DNA of 64,000 nt. Origin: an uncultured Planctomycetota bacterium (GTDB lineage Bacteria > Planctomycetota > Planctomycetia > Isosphaerales > Isosphaeraceae). The notes beneath the pieces were generated by a model. The model did not search any database. It was not told the DNA's origin and saw only the letters and a program-made list of their open reading frames with translations. The position numbers and the translations under genes were made by a program. Positions 42,583 to 54,674 of this stretch are shown piece by piece (positions within the stretch are counted from its first letter, which is position 1; each line of letters opens with the position of its first letter). The stretch spans positions 736,001-800,000 of the forward strand of contig CAWGMQ010000003.1 of NCBI GenBank assembly GCA_963823665.1, in the 5' to 3' direction.

Positions 42583-44172
42583 ATGGACCGGGGTACTACG
42601 CTCTTCGGAAGCATGATCTTCGTTCTCTCGACGACTGCTGTCCTCGCCCAGCAGGCTGGGCCAGCACCGCCGGAGAAAGCACAGGCCAAGGGCAGCCAAG
42701 GTGTCACGAAGCCCGCGTCGCCGCAGGAACCGGCGCCCGAGAAGACGAAAATCAAGTCATCGACCGATGAAGAGTCGGTAATCACACACCACCGAATCTC
42801 CGCAGGCGGAAAGGAGCTGAAGTACACGGCCACAGCCGCCCTCATGCCCATCAAGGATTCGAAAGGCGAAACCGAAGCGCGAATCTTCTATATTGCGTAT
42901 ACCCTGGACGATCCGCCGGCTGGCACAGTTCGCCCCGTCATGTTCAGCTTCAACGGCGGCCCAGGCTCGGCCTCGATCTGGCTGCACTTAGGAGCGCTCG
43001 GCCCGCGCAGGGTTCCCATCACGGACGAGCCGGTGATTCCCGCGCCCCCCTTCCGTCTGGTTGATAACGAGGCAACCTGGCTCGACCGCACCGATCTCGT
43101 CTTCATCGATCCCGTAGGAACCGGGTATTCACGCGCGGCGAAGCCCGAACTGAACGCCCGTTTTCACACCTTGCGCGGCGATATCTCATCAGTTGGCGAA
43201 TTCATCCGCATGTACCTCACCCGCTACGACCGCTGGGCGTCGCCGCTCTACTTGATCGGCGAAAGCTACGGCACGACCCGCGCCGCCGGGCTCGCCGGCT
43301 ATCTCGTCGATCACGGCATCGCTTTCAACGGTTTGATTCTCGTGTCTTGTGCTCTCGATTTTCGGGGCTTCATCTTCAGTGATGCCAATGACGCACCGTT
43401 CCGGAATTACCTCCCTTCCTATGCAGCCTCTGCGTGGTATCACAAGAAGCTCCCGAACGACTTGCAAGCACGCGGTCTGTCTGCACTCCTCCGCGAAGTT
43501 GAAGAATGGACGGACAAGGAATACGTGTCGATCCTCGCCCAGGGCGACCAGCTCGGTGGCGAAGCACACAGGAACGCCGTGTCGCAACTGGCGCGATTCA
43601 CCGGCCTGCGCGCGAGCGACATCGAAGCGACCAACCTGAGAATCACACAACCCTATTTCTGCAAACACTTGCTCGAGTCCGACCGGCGGTCGATCGGCCG
43701 CTTCGACGCTCGCTACAAGGGAGTCGAAAACTCACCCGCGGCGGAAGCTCCCAGCTTTGACCCGAGCCTGGCGGGAGTTCGCGCACCCTATACGTCCGCA
43801 TTCAACAACTACGTCCGCACCGAGCTACTGTACCGGACCGACGCGCCTTATCACGTCCTCGGCGAAGGCCTGGGGGGCCGCTGGGACTGGCAGCAGGAGA
43901 TGGGTTATCCCGCAACCACTGAAGAGCTCAAGGACGCAATGGCCAAGAACCCGCACATGAAGGTGCTCATCGCCTCAGGCTACTACGATCTTGCCACCCC
44001 CTATCGCGGCGTCGAGCAAACGCTGGCCGGCCTCGCACTCGACCCAAGCCTGCGCCAGAACATCACGATTGAAAAATACGAGTCCGGCCACATGATGTAC
44101 GTCCACGCACCGTCGCTCCACAAGCTGAAACGAGACGCCGCGGCGCTCATCGACAAGACGATGAAGAAGTGA
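42583..44172 (+). CDS. S10 family serine carboxypeptidase
   Basis: Signal peptide, FNGGPGS, IDPVGTGYS, GESYG, GYYDLATP, GHMMY. Confidence 0.93.
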   Translation: MDRGTTLFGSMIFVLSTTAVLAQQAGPAPPEKAQAKGSQGVTKPASPQEPAPEKTKIKSSTDEESVITHHRISAGGKELKYTATAALMPIKDSKGETEARIFYIAYTLDDPPAGTVRPVMFSFNGGPGSASIWLHLGALGPRRVPITDEPVIPAPPFRLVDNEATWLDRTDLVFIDPVGTGYSRAAKPELNARFHTLRGDISSVGEFIRMYLTRYDRWASPLYLIGESYGTTRAAGLAGYLVDHGIAFNGLILVSCALDFRGFIFSDANDAPFRNYLPSYAASAWYHKKLPNDLQARGLSALLREVEEWTDKEYVSILAQGDQLGGEAHRNAVSQLARFTGLRASDIEATNLRITQPYFCKHLLESDRRSIGRFDARYKGVENSPAAEAPSFDPSLAGVRAPYTSAFNNYVRTELLYRTDAPYHVLGEGLGGRWDWQQEMGYPATTEELKDAMAKNPHMKVLIASGYYDLATPYRGVEQTLAGLALDPSLRQNITIEKYESGHMMYVHAPSLHKLKRDAAALIDKTMKK

Positions 44173-44267
44173 CCGAACGGCCCGACGCGGCGAGGTTTGT
44201 CGTCTTGTTCGATGTTCGCAAATTTGCGATGATCGGGGAATTCGAGCAGGCGAAGACCGAGGTGATC

Positions 44268-44591
44268 ATGGTACGCAAGCGGCGTCTGGAATCATCTTCC
44301 CTGAAGTTCGCATACGACCGTTACATCGGCACCGACCCAGAAAAGGCACAGACTTTCGAAGAGGAGCTCGCGAATGCCGATGTGGCCAGGAGAATCTATA
44401 GCCTGCGCACGAAAGCCGGGCTGACACAGAAGGAGCTCGCGAAGCACGTCGGCACCGCGCCTTCCGTCATCAGCCGGCTCGAAGATGCAGATTACAAAGG
44501 CCATTCATTAGCGATGCTCCGCCGAATTGCTCGGGCTCTCGACAAACGCGTGGAGATCCGCTTCGTTTCCCTGAAGCGCAGCAATTCGTGA
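44268..44591 (+). CDS. XRE-family HTH protein (HigA-like)
   Basis: LRTKAGLTQKELAKHVGTAPSVISRLE...LRRIARAL; GAGGTG RBS. Confidence 0.88.
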   Translation: MVRKRRLESSSLKFAYDRYIGTDPEKAQTFEEELANADVARRIYSLRTKAGLTQKELAKHVGTAPSVISRLEDADYKGHSLAMLRRIARALDKRVEIRFVSLKRSNS

Positions 44592-44654
44592 CCCCGGCCC
44601 GAGCGTGATCCAAGGCCTCCAGGACCCGGACACATCTCTGCGTCGGAGCGCCAG

Positions 44655-45104
44655 ATGCGAGAAGCCGCCCAATTTGCAACCGAGCTCGACGCGCGGCACG
44701 CCGAGGCGAAAAGAGCGTTTGAGCGCAGAGATCTGGCAGCCTACCGCGAGATCTTCGCGCCCGACCTCGCATATTGCCAGGCCGACGCTCGGGTCATCGG
44801 CCGCGAGCAATTGATGCGGGACGTCGCGATTCAATTCGACCGCCTTCGCTGGGTCCGGTCGTCTTTCACGCGAGAATCGATCGAGCCCGGAAATGATCGC
44901 GCAATCGAGCTCCTGACGCAGACGGCCCTCGCCGGCGCAACGGCCTTTTTCTTCATCCATCGAATCTGGAAAATCGCGCGGAAAGGCCGTTATCACTGGA
45001 CCAAGGTTGAGAACCAATGGCGGATCAGTCGGGTGGAAGTGCTCGAAGAATGCGTCACCGGCCACTTCAAGTTCGGCTCACCGCCGTCAATTGTCAGCGA
45101 TTGA
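44655..45104 (+). CDS. NTF2-like / DUF4440 protein
   Basis: AFERRDLAAYREIFAPD...WTKVENQWRI. Confidence 0.75.
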   Translation: MREAAQFATELDARHAEAKRAFERRDLAAYREIFAPDLAYCQADARVIGREQLMRDVAIQFDRLRWVRSSFTRESIEPGNDRAIELLTQTALAGATAFFFIHRIWKIARKGRYHWTKVENQWRISRVEVLEECVTGHFKFGSPPSIVSD

Positions 45105-45116
45105 TCGCGTCGCCGA

Positions 45117-45629
45117 TTACCTGGGCACTTGAAACCCAAGGTGCAGCTCCGCGTGTCTCAGGTTGATCGCGATCCACTCAGCGTGAGTAAGCGTCCCGAA
45201 GATCGGGTGCACAAGAGTCGGCGTTTCTGAATTGAGCCGGGCCATCACACGGCGGTATCGCTCGAGCGCCTCATCGAGCGTTACCGGCTCCGTCGCCAAA
45301 GTCCCTCCCGGAATCCCGGGGATCTTCACCCCGGCCCGCATCGGCTCATGAATAAACGCCTGCTTGCGGCTGCGCAGAATCCACCGAATGAAAAACGGCG
45401 GCTTCATCGGATAACCCGTATAGGCATATTCGGCCCACGCTGCCAGATGCCCGAGCGTCTGCCCCAGCGCCCAGTTTCCGACGTGGTCCAGCCGCCCGTT
45501 GCGCTCGGCGTCGACCAAGCGATCGACATCAGCCAGAACGTGCTCGACCGAATCAAATTTGAGCTTCCTGCGCGTGGAGACTTTCCCGGTATCCACGGGA
45601 CCTGCCGCCGCCTGAGCTGATACACTCAT
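45117..45629 (-). CDS. DUF1569 / DinB-like protein
   Basis: GNWALGQTLGHL, HPIFGTLT, RHAELHLGF. Confidence 0.85.
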   Translation of the reverse strand: MSVSAQAAAGPVDTGKVSTRRKLKFDSVEHVLADVDRLVDAERNGRLDHVGNWALGQTLGHLAAWAEYAYTGYPMKPPFFIRWILRSRKQAFIHEPMRAGVKIPGIPGGTLATEPVTLDEALERYRRVMARLNSETPTLVHPIFGTLTHAEWIAINLRHAELHLGFQVPR

Positions 45630-46246
45630 GAGACCCCCGTTTCGAGTCGTCGACGAAGCTGCGGTCTGGATCTGAAACAATGAACTGTCATCTTTAGTCA
45701 GGTGCGTGCTGAAAGACAAGAAGATCACCGCAGGGAACCTGGCTCAACTCAGCGTCTGCCGACGAACGGGCACCAAAACGATTGATCGAGCCTCTTGATC
45801 GTCTTCTTGCTCCCGAATCGGCCCCGACTACGCTCGAAGCTGATGCACGCCCTCCCCTGCCCCGCCAAAACCCTGGCATGCAAAATGCTCGAGAACGATA
45901 CCGAGGCCGATTCGGGCCGCCGAACATGCCGATATCTAATCCTGACGCGCGTCGCTGACACCGTCCACGAGAATCCGATCGCAAAAACCGCCACACTCTG
46001 GACGACGCCCGCAACGCGTAATAGATTATGTGAGTCTGAAGGTGTGCAGTTGCCATTTCGCGTCCGATTCGTTTGATTTATTCACCTAGTATCGATTCGT
46101 ATACACGTGGGCTGCGGCTCCGCGCCCGGGTGGTCTGCGCCGGAATCATCCGTCCTTCATCGAGTCGGTCGCTGCTCGCAACTGACGCTCTGTGGTGTTC
46201 GCTGCGAAGGCTGCTCAGGAACCCCTTCTGGACAGGAATCCTTGCC

Positions 46247-46413
46247 ATGAGCGACAAGAAGGACTTCTCGAAACAACGCCTCTCAGACTTCCTGGCCGCG
46301 CGCTGCGCGCCAAGGGCCATGACGAGGCGCAGGCCCAAAAAACCCGGCGCGATTCGGTCAAGCCAACCGCAAATCCCGCCGAGAAGCGCAACACGCCTTC
46401 CGCCGGGTCTTGA
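46247..46413 (+). CDS. Possible small protein (frameshifted)
   Basis: AGGA RBS and [19 protein letters not shown]; weak support. Confidence 0.25.
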
Positions 46414-46421
46414 TGACCGGT

Positions 46422-47897
46422 TCACGACGCGTTCGTAAAAACACGCCCCGTCCGTGGACGAACATTCAGGTCGTGCAGCTTTGCCCTCTCGACCTGGATC
46501 GAGTCGTGCGACCAGCATTCCGAGAGGACTGTTCCCTCGCGGAGCAGGTTGCCCAGAGGCAGGTCCAGCCGGCGACGTTTGGTGGCTGGCGTTCAAGACG
46601 ACGATCGTCGTTTCCGTTGCGAGCTGGCGTGCATAAGACACGACGTTTCCGCTCGCCCACAGAAACTGAAACGCCCCTCGCCGCAGCGACGGTCGCGCGT
46701 GCCGAAGCGCAATCAGACGCTGATATTCGTGTAACAGCTCGGTGTTCCACGAGTCAGTCTGATGCCACGGAAACGCGCCCCGGTTAGCCGGGTCGTGCCC
46801 TCCGGCCAGACCAATCTCGTCACCGTAGTAAATCGAAGGCGCGCCCGGGTAGGTCATCTGAAAGAGCGTCGCCAGCCGCAGCGCAGAGAAATCACCCTTC
46901 GCCAGAGTGACGAACCGCGCCATGTCGTGACTGCTGAGCAGGTTCAGCATCACCCCTGTGACGTTGGGATGATACAAACCAAGCAGCGACTCAATGTTCC
47001 GGCGAAACGCCTCGGCTGTGGTCGCACCGGCCGGAAACAGGCTCGTCTTGCGCAGGTCTGCCTCCTCCAGGTTCTCGCCGATGAAGAATGCAATGCAGGC
47101 GCGGGTGAACTGGTAGTTCATCACGGCGTCCCACATGTCGCCTTTCAACCAGCGCTGGGCTTCGGTCCAGACCTCGCCGACGATGTATGCTTCAGGATTG
47201 GCAGCACGAACGCGAGTGCGAAACTCGCGCCAGAAGTTGTCGTCGTCAATCTCGTTGGGAACGTCCAGCCGCCAGCCGTCGATTCCGAATTCAATCCACT
47301 TCCGGCCGATGCCCCACAGGAATTCACGAACGTCGGGACAGTTTATGTTGAATTTCGGCAGCGCGGGCAGTCCCCACCAGGCTTGATAATTGGGAGACCT
47401 CTCAAGGTCATAGGCGTAAAGCGGAAAGTCCTTGATGCTGAACCAGTCCAGATAAGCCGAGTTGGGGCCGTTCTCAAGGATGTCGTGAAACGGAAAAAAG
47501 CCCCGGCTGGCGTGGTTGAAAACTCCATCGAGAACGACGCGAATGCCTCGGTTATGTGCCTCATCAACCATGCGTTCGCAGCGCGGGCGTGCCGCCCAGC
47601 ATGGGGTCGACCTTCTCGTAGTCGTGGGTGTGATAGCGGTGGTTGGACGCCGACTGGAAGACTGGCGTGAAGTACACCGCGGTCACACCCAGCGAAACCA
47701 GGTAATCGAGGTGCTCCACCACGCCGATCAGGTCGCCGCCCTGATAGCCGTGGTAAGTCGGCGGCGCCCCCCACGCGTCCAGGTGCCGTGGCTTGGCCAC
47801 CGTCGCGCTGCGCAAAACGATCCGGGAAGATCTGATAGAACACTGCGTCACGAACCCATTCGGGCGTTTGCGGATCGAGCACCAGCAACTCCGTCAT
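46422..47897 (-). CDS. GH13 neopullulanase/cyclomaltodextrinase-like enzyme; three frameshifts (about 47815, 47575, 46575)
   Basis: [45 protein letters not shown] spread over three frames. Confidence 0.9.
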
Positions 47898-48003
47898 CGA
47901 GGTCAGGGTCCTATTCGCTACGCCCTCGAGCCACCATGCTCGGAGCGCTCGATGTGCCGGCCCAAAGACGACATCCAGAATCTGCGTGTGCGCGCCGCGA
48001 CTC

Positions 48004-50332
48004 TCATCGTGTGCTGATCCGGTGCCAGTAAAGCTGCTGCCGGTCGCCGCGCACTCTGAGGTCGTCGAGCATCGGCTCCATGTCCAGCTTGATCTTCGCC
48101 GCCCGGCTGAACGGCTTGCCGTTGATCCGGATGTCCACCTTGCGGCTGAAGTCGATCAATTCCGGGCTCAACCAGATATCAAGCGCGGTGACCCCTTCGA
48201 CCTGTAATCGGATCAGATTCGAAATCGTGCTCGACTTCATCTCGATCGCCGCCGGCTTCAAGTTGCCACCCAGCACCTCCACCGCGGCCGGGTCCGTGGT
48301 TCGCCCGGCGCCGAATTCCCGCACCACCAAACCGTAGAAACGGTCGTCCGAGACGCGGGCCGTGTTCACCTTGAATGACTTGGGGTGAGGGTCGCGGCGA
48401 TGACGGTCCATCCAGTCGAACGCCGGACCGATCTCCTCGGGCAGCGCCTCGAGTCCCCGGCGATGATACTCCACGTAGGTGATGTCCCAGGTCTTGATGA
48501 TGAGCGGCTTGACCTGCTTGCTGTAGATGAACTCGTTGGCCGCCGGGGCCAGATCGCCAAGCGCGCAGAACAGCGGCAAACGTTCGTGATGAGGAAAGTA
48601 GCGGGGCACATACTTGGCCGGAAGCCCCGATATGACAACCACCCCGGCAAACAGGTCCGGATGCGCCAGAGCCAGGTCCCAGGCCATGCTTCCGCCCACG
48701 AGCTGGCCGGCCACGAAGACCCGGTCGCTGTCGATCGAATACCGCTTGCGGGCGTCGCGCAGCGCGAGCTGCGCGGCGGCGTGCTCGTTCGGCGTGTAGT
48801 GATACTCCGGCGGCTCCCCCGCGGTCATGTATTCCGGCGCGATCAAAATGTAGCCGCGGCGAGCAGCCTCGGCCGCCATCTCGTCGATCGCCGAGTCGGG
48901 CCCCTTGCCCGAGTGCAGCACCATCACCGCCGGGTAGCTCCGCAAACGATGATATTCGGGCGGGACCCTCACCGCGTACTCGGTCGGCGCGTTGTTGTCA
49001 ACCTCCGCGACTCGATGGTGCAGCGTCTTGGAGAGATCCAGCTCCGATTCGTCGGGCACCGGGGGCATGATCTCGACGATCGCCGACAAGATCGCGAGCC
49101 GCCCGGCCATCTCGCTTGCCCCTTCGATGCCTTCCCACGGCAGCTTGTTGAGCGCGGCTATCTGCTCGCTGCTGGCCGCCGGCTCTGCCCCCTGCAAGTA
49201 CTCGCGAACCAGCTCGCGGGCCTTCCACATCACCTCCGCCCCCGCCAGGTCTCGCGTGGCAGTGGTCGGCCCCGGCGACATAGCTCGACATCGCCAGCGC
49301 GAAGAGGGCCTGATCCGGGGTACCCGGTTCTGACTTGGCCTTGCGCCAGCCCGCGAATCGCTGCCGGATCGCGTCGGGTGCCTCGTCGAGGGCCTTGGTC
49401 ACTTCGGTCACCGGTTCTTTCCAGAACTTTCGCGCGGCCGCCGGCAGCGCGCTGGAGAGCTTGCCCAGGTCCGCCTGCCAGGGCCTGATCGGCCGCGTGC
49501 TGCTGCTCGTCATGACGCTCCATCTCACGCGCCTCAAGCTGAAGCTCGGTGGGCACGCCCTTCTCGCGAAACGTCTTCAGCAGGGCGGCCGCACGCTTGA
49601 TATTGCTGGGCCTTGCGGCTTTGCATCATCTCTGCACGCCGATCAGTGGCCTCGCCTTGAAGAATGAACGTCCGGGCATTCTCGGACCGTTCCTTCAAGT
49701 CGGGCTGCGGGAAGTCTCGAACCAGCCGGTCCAGCTCTTTCTTGGCCTCGGCATTCCAGCCGATGTCCATCAAGAACCGGACAACCCGCTCTCGCTCGGT
49801 CACGTTCTTCTGCTCGACCCGAGACAGCACGCTCGTGATCACCTCACGTGGTACCTGACCGGTCTCGACCGCACCTCCCCAGAAGCCGTCAACCCCGCGA
49901 AACTTGACGATGTGCGGCCCGATCTCGATGATCGCTTGTTCCATCCGAATCCACTTGCCCGCCCCCCCAGCTTGATAGCGAAACGGCCGCCGCCCCCGCT
50001 CGTCCCACGGGCCCGCCTCGACGCGCACCACGTCCGTCGGCATCAATCCGCCATGCACGACCAGCGGCTGAACCAGCTTGAAGGTCTCGCCGCCGCGGAA
50101 TGCATTATTGGCCTCGATCTGCTCGATCCTCGAGTCGCGCACCACCACACGCTTCAGCCCGTCCCAGATGTAGACCAGGGTGTTGTCCCGATCCGGAGGC
50201 CCCGTCCCGCGGTAAACGACCCCGCTCTTCATGATCACGGAATCGCCCCGACTGTGCGCCGCGAGCAAGACAGCAAAAGACCGCCAGAACGACTCCCGAA
50301 AGAAGATGTCCGATTTCGCGACGGCACGCCAT
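48004..50332 (-). CDS. Large secreted alpha/beta-hydrolase-fold protein; several frameshifts
   Basis: Signal peptide; C-terminal YAVRVPPEY, IDSDRVFVAG, HPDLFAG; ORF pieces 49534-50268 and 48004-49281 are collinear. Confidence 0.75.
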
Positions 50333-50524
50333 GCTCGCCTCCCTCACGTTCGGCCCTCGCCCGCTGCCATCCATGCAGCCCATCGTCCGGAAAGCGACTT
50401 GCGGTCACGTCCTTGACGTCTTGACCGTCCCAGATCGCCTCACCGGTATGGCCGGCCCGGGCGATATCATCAATCCGGCCAGAGTTCATTGTGACAGCCC
50501 TTGCTGTGAGGTCAAGTCGCGGCC

Positions 50525-51367
50525 TCATGACTTCCTCGCCCGAGCTGCAAGTCCCATGAACTCGCGTACCTGCCCCGTGATCGCCAGCTCGGTCGGCAGC
50601 CGCTCCATCGAGCTGGCACCATAGAACCCGTCAATCGCCGGCGTCCGATACAGCACATACCGAGCATCCGCGGGCGTCGCGATCGGCCCTCCATGGCAGA
50701 GTGCCAGCACGTCACCTCGCGCACCCTTGGCGGCTTCGGCGATCGCCGTCACCTCGCGCACGCAGTCATCGAGCGTCTTCGCTGTCACCGCCCCGATCGA
50801 GCCCGTCGTGGTCAGCCCCATGTGGGCAACCACCAGGTCGGCGCCGGCCTGGGCAAGCAACCGGGCCTGGCCCGGGTCGAACGCATAGGGCGTGGTGAGC
50901 AATGCCAAGCTCGTGCGCCGCCGCGATGCAATCGATCTCGTGCGAAAACCCCATCCCGGTTTCCTCGAGATTGATCCGCATCACCCCGTCGATAAGCCCC
51001 ACGGTCGGGAAGTTCTGAATGCCCGCGAATCCCATGTCCTGAGCTCGCGCAGAAACCGGTCGCGCAACAGGAATGGATCGGTCGCACACACACCCGCCAG
51101 CACCGGCGTGACCTTCACGGCCGTCAGCACCTCGTGGGCCATTTCCTTGACGATTGCGTTGGCATTGCCATACGGCATCAATCCGGCCAGCGATCCTCTG
51201 CCGGCCATGCGAAACCGGCCCGAGTTGTAGATGACGATCAGGTCGATTCCGCCGGCCTCCTCGCACTTGGCGCTGATCCCGGTCCCCGCTCCTCCGCCGA
51301 CGATCGGCAATCCGGCGGCAACCTTCTTGCGAAAACGCTCCATGATGGCCAGACGCGATTCAGGCAT
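50525..51367 (-). CDS. PEP-hydrolase-like TIM-barrel protein; two frameshifts
   Basis: [50 protein letters not shown]. Confidence 0.9.
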
Positions 51368-52640
51368 CGCATGAGCTCCTCGATACCAGCCAGTGACGTT
51401 TGACGATCTCTTTACCGAGCACTTGAGAACGCAAGCTCAGAAACGCCTCCACGAGCGCCTGAGCAAATGCCGGCTCGTTGATGTGATAGGGAAGCCGCAC
51501 GATCGACCGGCCTGGTGCTCTCTCGACGGCCGATTCCAGCTCGTCAAAGAGCGCCGCATCAGCCTCCGGGTCGAAAAAAGGCTGCCCCGGCGCATCGAGC
51601 GCCGACACGCCTTTCTCGGGAATCAGCACCCGGAAAGGCGCCGTCGCACAGTTCAGCTTGGCGGCGATCCAGCGAGCGCACCGGCGATTCTCATCCGGCG
51701 TCGTCCGCATGAGCGTCACCTGCGCGTTATGCACGTGCAGCTTCCGCCCGCGAAATCGCTCGGGCACCGTGTCCATCGCCCCGAAGTTCACCATGTCGAG
51801 CGCACCAAGCGAGACGACATATGGAATCTTCGCCTCGAGGATCGCCTCGAACCGCGCCGGCCCGCATGCCAGCACCCCCCCGACCACTCGATCAGCGACC
51901 TCGGTGGTCGTGACGTCGAGCACCCCCGTGATCAACCCGGCCTCGACAAGCTTCTCCATCGCCTGCCCGCCCGTCCCCGTGGCGTGAAACACCAGGCAGT
52001 CGAAGCCCTGCCCTTCGAGTGATTCGCGCACCTTCGTGACGCACGGCGTGGTGACGCCAAACATCGTCATCCCGAGCGTCGGCTTGCCTTCCTCCGTCGC
52101 CACGGGAAACCGGACCATGCCCGCGATCGCCGCCGCCGCATTGCCCAGCACGCGACGTGAAACCGAATTGAGGCCCGAAACATCGACGACCGAATACATC
52201 ATCGTGACGTCGCTCGAGCCGACGTAAGGCGCGGTATTTCCGCTGGCGACGGTCGAAACCATGACCTTGGGCAATCCGATCGGCAGCGCCTGCAAGGCCG
52301 GCGTGATGAGCGCGGTACCCCCGCTCCCGCCAATTCCGATCACCCCCGCGACCCGCCCCGAATCGTACTCGCGTTTCAAGAAGGCAACGAGCGCCTGACT
52401 CATCGCCGTGATCGCCGGCGAGCGATCGCCGGGAGCAAGCGCCGCGATGCGACCTTCGGTGGTCGCATGCGCACCGGCAACGGTCGCACAATCCACATCG
52501 GCGACGACGCTCGGCGAGCTCTGCACTCCCACGTCCACGATCGTGACCGAGACACCCGCAGCGCGCAGCCGCTCGGCCACAAAGGCCAGCTCGCGGCCCT
52601 TCGTGTCCATCGTCGCAACGGCATAAACCGACTTCGTCAT
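51360..52640 (-). CDS. Tm-1-like ATP-binding domain protein (UPF0261)
   Basis: [49 protein letters not shown]. Confidence 0.93.
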   Translation of the reverse strand: MTKSVYAVATMDTKGRELAFVAERLRAAGVSVTIVDVGVQSSPSVVADVDCATVAGAHATTEGRIAALAPGDRSPAITAMSQALVAFLKREYDSGRVAGVIGIGGSGGTALITPALQALPIGLPKVMVSTVASGNTAPYVGSSDVTMMYSVVDVSGLNSVSRRVLGNAAAAIAGMVRFPVATEEGKPTLGMTMFGVTTPCVTKVRESLEGQGFDCLVFHATGTGGQAMEKLVEAGLITGVLDVTTTEVADRVVGGVLACGPARFEAILEAKIPYVVSLGALDMVNFGAMDTVPERFRGRKLHVHNAQVTLMRTTPDENRRCARWIAAKLNCATAPFRVLIPEKGVSALDAPGQPFFDPEADAALFDELESAVERAPGRSIVRLPYHINEPAFAQALVEAFLSLRSQVLGKEIVKRHWLVSRSSCDA

Positions 52641-52998
52641 AAGCCTCCCTCGCACCAAGGCCGAGGCTAACATACACGCTTTGCACGAGCCAGAAGAAAC
52701 TCCTTTGGATTCGAGACCGGCCAGCGTCGTTACCTTCTCCGACGCGGCAAGCGACGGAGCGCCGCCGTCCATATCGAGCGGTTCGCAACGACCGATACGT
52801 GCAAGCGCCGGCGACGCACCCGAGCGAACTCCGCTGCTGGCCGTGCGTGGTACAGCGCCTGCTGTGCGCGGTGCTGGCCGCGAGGCACCCAGCGAGCGCG
52901 CGACGCGAACCTGTGCGAGTCGCGTGTGTTTGGCTTCCCCTCCTCGCTTCCCCTGGCACCCGCTCCACAGATTGGGTGTCTGGCTCTCCTCCGCGCAA

Positions 52999-53796
52999 TC
53001 AGGGATACCAACTGGGGTTGGTGAGGATCACGCCCCCGGGATACATGCCAAGGTATGCGTCGGGCTTCAGCACCGACTTGGCGTGGCCATCGAGATACAG
53101 AACGTTCGAGGTTCCGTGCCGGTTCCACGGAATCCATTTGTCGAGTGTCACCGTGCCCAGCCAGATGTCATAGTCGTCTTGCCTGGGGTCGGTGGCTGCG
53201 ACGGGGTCGTTGATATTGGCGTCCATGACCGCGCCGTCCCGCTCGTTCATCGCGATGAAGTTCGACGTGCCAATGTCGTACTGGAAGCGCGGAAAAGTCC
53301 AGCGACCGTAGCGAATGGTCTTGTGGCTCAGTTGCGAATTCAGCAAATAGCTCGTCCGGTTGGTGATCCCGTCGACGAGCCCGGTGGTCGGATCGACGTA
53401 CGGTTGAACGACCGAGGTGTCGGACATGCAGCGGTAGATCTTTTCATCGGCGACTTGAACCCCCGACTTGGCGATCTGGGCATTTGCATACGCCGGGTTG
53501 ACGTAGGGCATGATCTTGTCTTCCCAGTAGATCTCGGCGAATGACTCAGCATTGCCCACCTCAGAGATACTGTCGGCGTTGAACGGGTGGTGCAGAAAGA
53601 ATTGCCCGTTCCAATCGTCGAAGTACTGCATGATCCCGAGCCCAATCTGGTGCAGATGGCTCTGGCAGTCCATGCGCCGGGCCGCCTCGCGAGCCGCCTG
53701 CACCGCCGGAAGCAAGAGCCCGACCAGAAGTGAGATGATCGCGATGACCACTAGCAGCTCAATCAAGGTGAAGCCGTTTCGGATTTGACGATTCAT
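52999..53796 (-). CDS. DUF1559 prepilin-type N-methylation protein
   Basis: [29 protein letters not shown]-terminal RH...DGH. Confidence 0.93.
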   Translation of the reverse strand: MNRQIRNGFTLIELLVVIAIISLLVGLLLPAVQAAREAARRMDCQSHLHQIGLGIMQYFDDWNGQFFLHHPFNADSISEVGNAESFAEIYWEDKIMPYVNPAYANAQIAKSGVQVADEKIYRCMSDTSVVQPYVDPTTGLVDGITNRTSYLLNSQLSHKTIRYGRWTFPRFQYDIGTSNFIAMNERDGAVMDANINDPVAATDPRQDDYDIWLGTVTLDKWIPWNRHGTSNVLYLDGHAKSVLKPDAYLGMYPGGVILTNPSWYP

Positions 53797-53937
53797 GTCG
53801 GCTGATCCTCGGTCAAGTCCTCAGGAGCAACGCGGTATTACGAACATTCGAAAGATAATACTCACGCGCCGGACACGCAATAGGGTGCCCGAGTTGTGCT
53901 GGTTCGGGATCCAGTCAGCCAAGTAACGGCCGAACCC

Positions 53938-53966
53938 TTGACACTCTATCTCCGGCGTTAGATGAT
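53938..53966 (+). promoter_or_regulatory. Possible sigma70 promoter
   Basis: TTGACA-17 bp-GATGAT. Confidence 0.4.
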
Positions 53967-54024
53967 TACTGGCTCATGCAAAGTTGTCCGACCGAGCTCG
54001 CTCGCATTTTTCAAGGTCGCCGGC

Positions 54025-54495
54025 GTGTGCCCTGAACTTCGTGCTAAACAGATTGGCGAGCTTTGCCGCAGGACGTTGGCGGCTGTGCTGCTTGTCGCAA
54101 TTGGCCCGGCGCAACAAGTCGCCGCCTCATCGTATTCAGCGGCGGGGAGTTCGTCAGACCAAGAGCACCACTGCAAGTGCGGCACGAAATGCCATGGCGG
54201 CTCGTGCTGCTGCGGACCGCGCGACGCGAAGACGCGACCACGCATTTCGGAACCGCTTTCAGAGTTGAGCCACGCCGATGCAAGCCCGTGCCTGAGCTCG
54301 GCACCTTGCGGTGATTCAGCGCTTCCCAAAGGCGCGCCGGGCAGTCTCGCCAAGGCGAGCATCGCGTTCGCGATGCCCGTGCATCCGACGCGCGATACCG
54401 AAGGGCGTCTCGCTTGTTTTCCCCGTTTCTGCATTCTCCCGTCTGAGCGCACCTGCCGCGTCGAGCGCCCGCCCGAGCGCTCTGTGCTTGCCTGA
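54025..54495 (+). CDS. Secreted Cys/His-rich protein with C-terminal RPP motif (DUF2946-like architecture)
   Basis: Signal-like RRTLAAVLLVAIGPAQQVAA, HHCKCGTKCHGGSCCC, ends RVERPPERSVLA; start uncertain (53962 or 54025). Confidence 0.65.
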   Translation: MCPELRAKQIGELCRRTLAAVLLVAIGPAQQVAASSYSAAGSSSDQEHHCKCGTKCHGGSCCCGPRDAKTRPRISEPLSELSHADASPCLSSAPCGDSALPKGAPGSLAKASIAFAMPVHPTRDTEGRLACFPRFCILPSERTCRVERPPERSVLA

Positions 54496-54674
54496 TACCA
54501 GGCCTTCATAACAGGCGTGCCTCAAGCCCTGCCGAAGCGTTCCTCGCGCCTGTGCGGGGTAAGACATCCTCCGTCTCCTTACATCGCAGCGCTACCGAGG
54601 CCCGCGGCCCGAGTGCCGTTGGCTTCTCGTCGGCCTTTGCGCCTGAGTTTCTTTTTCCCGGGAGTTCTTCCGAA

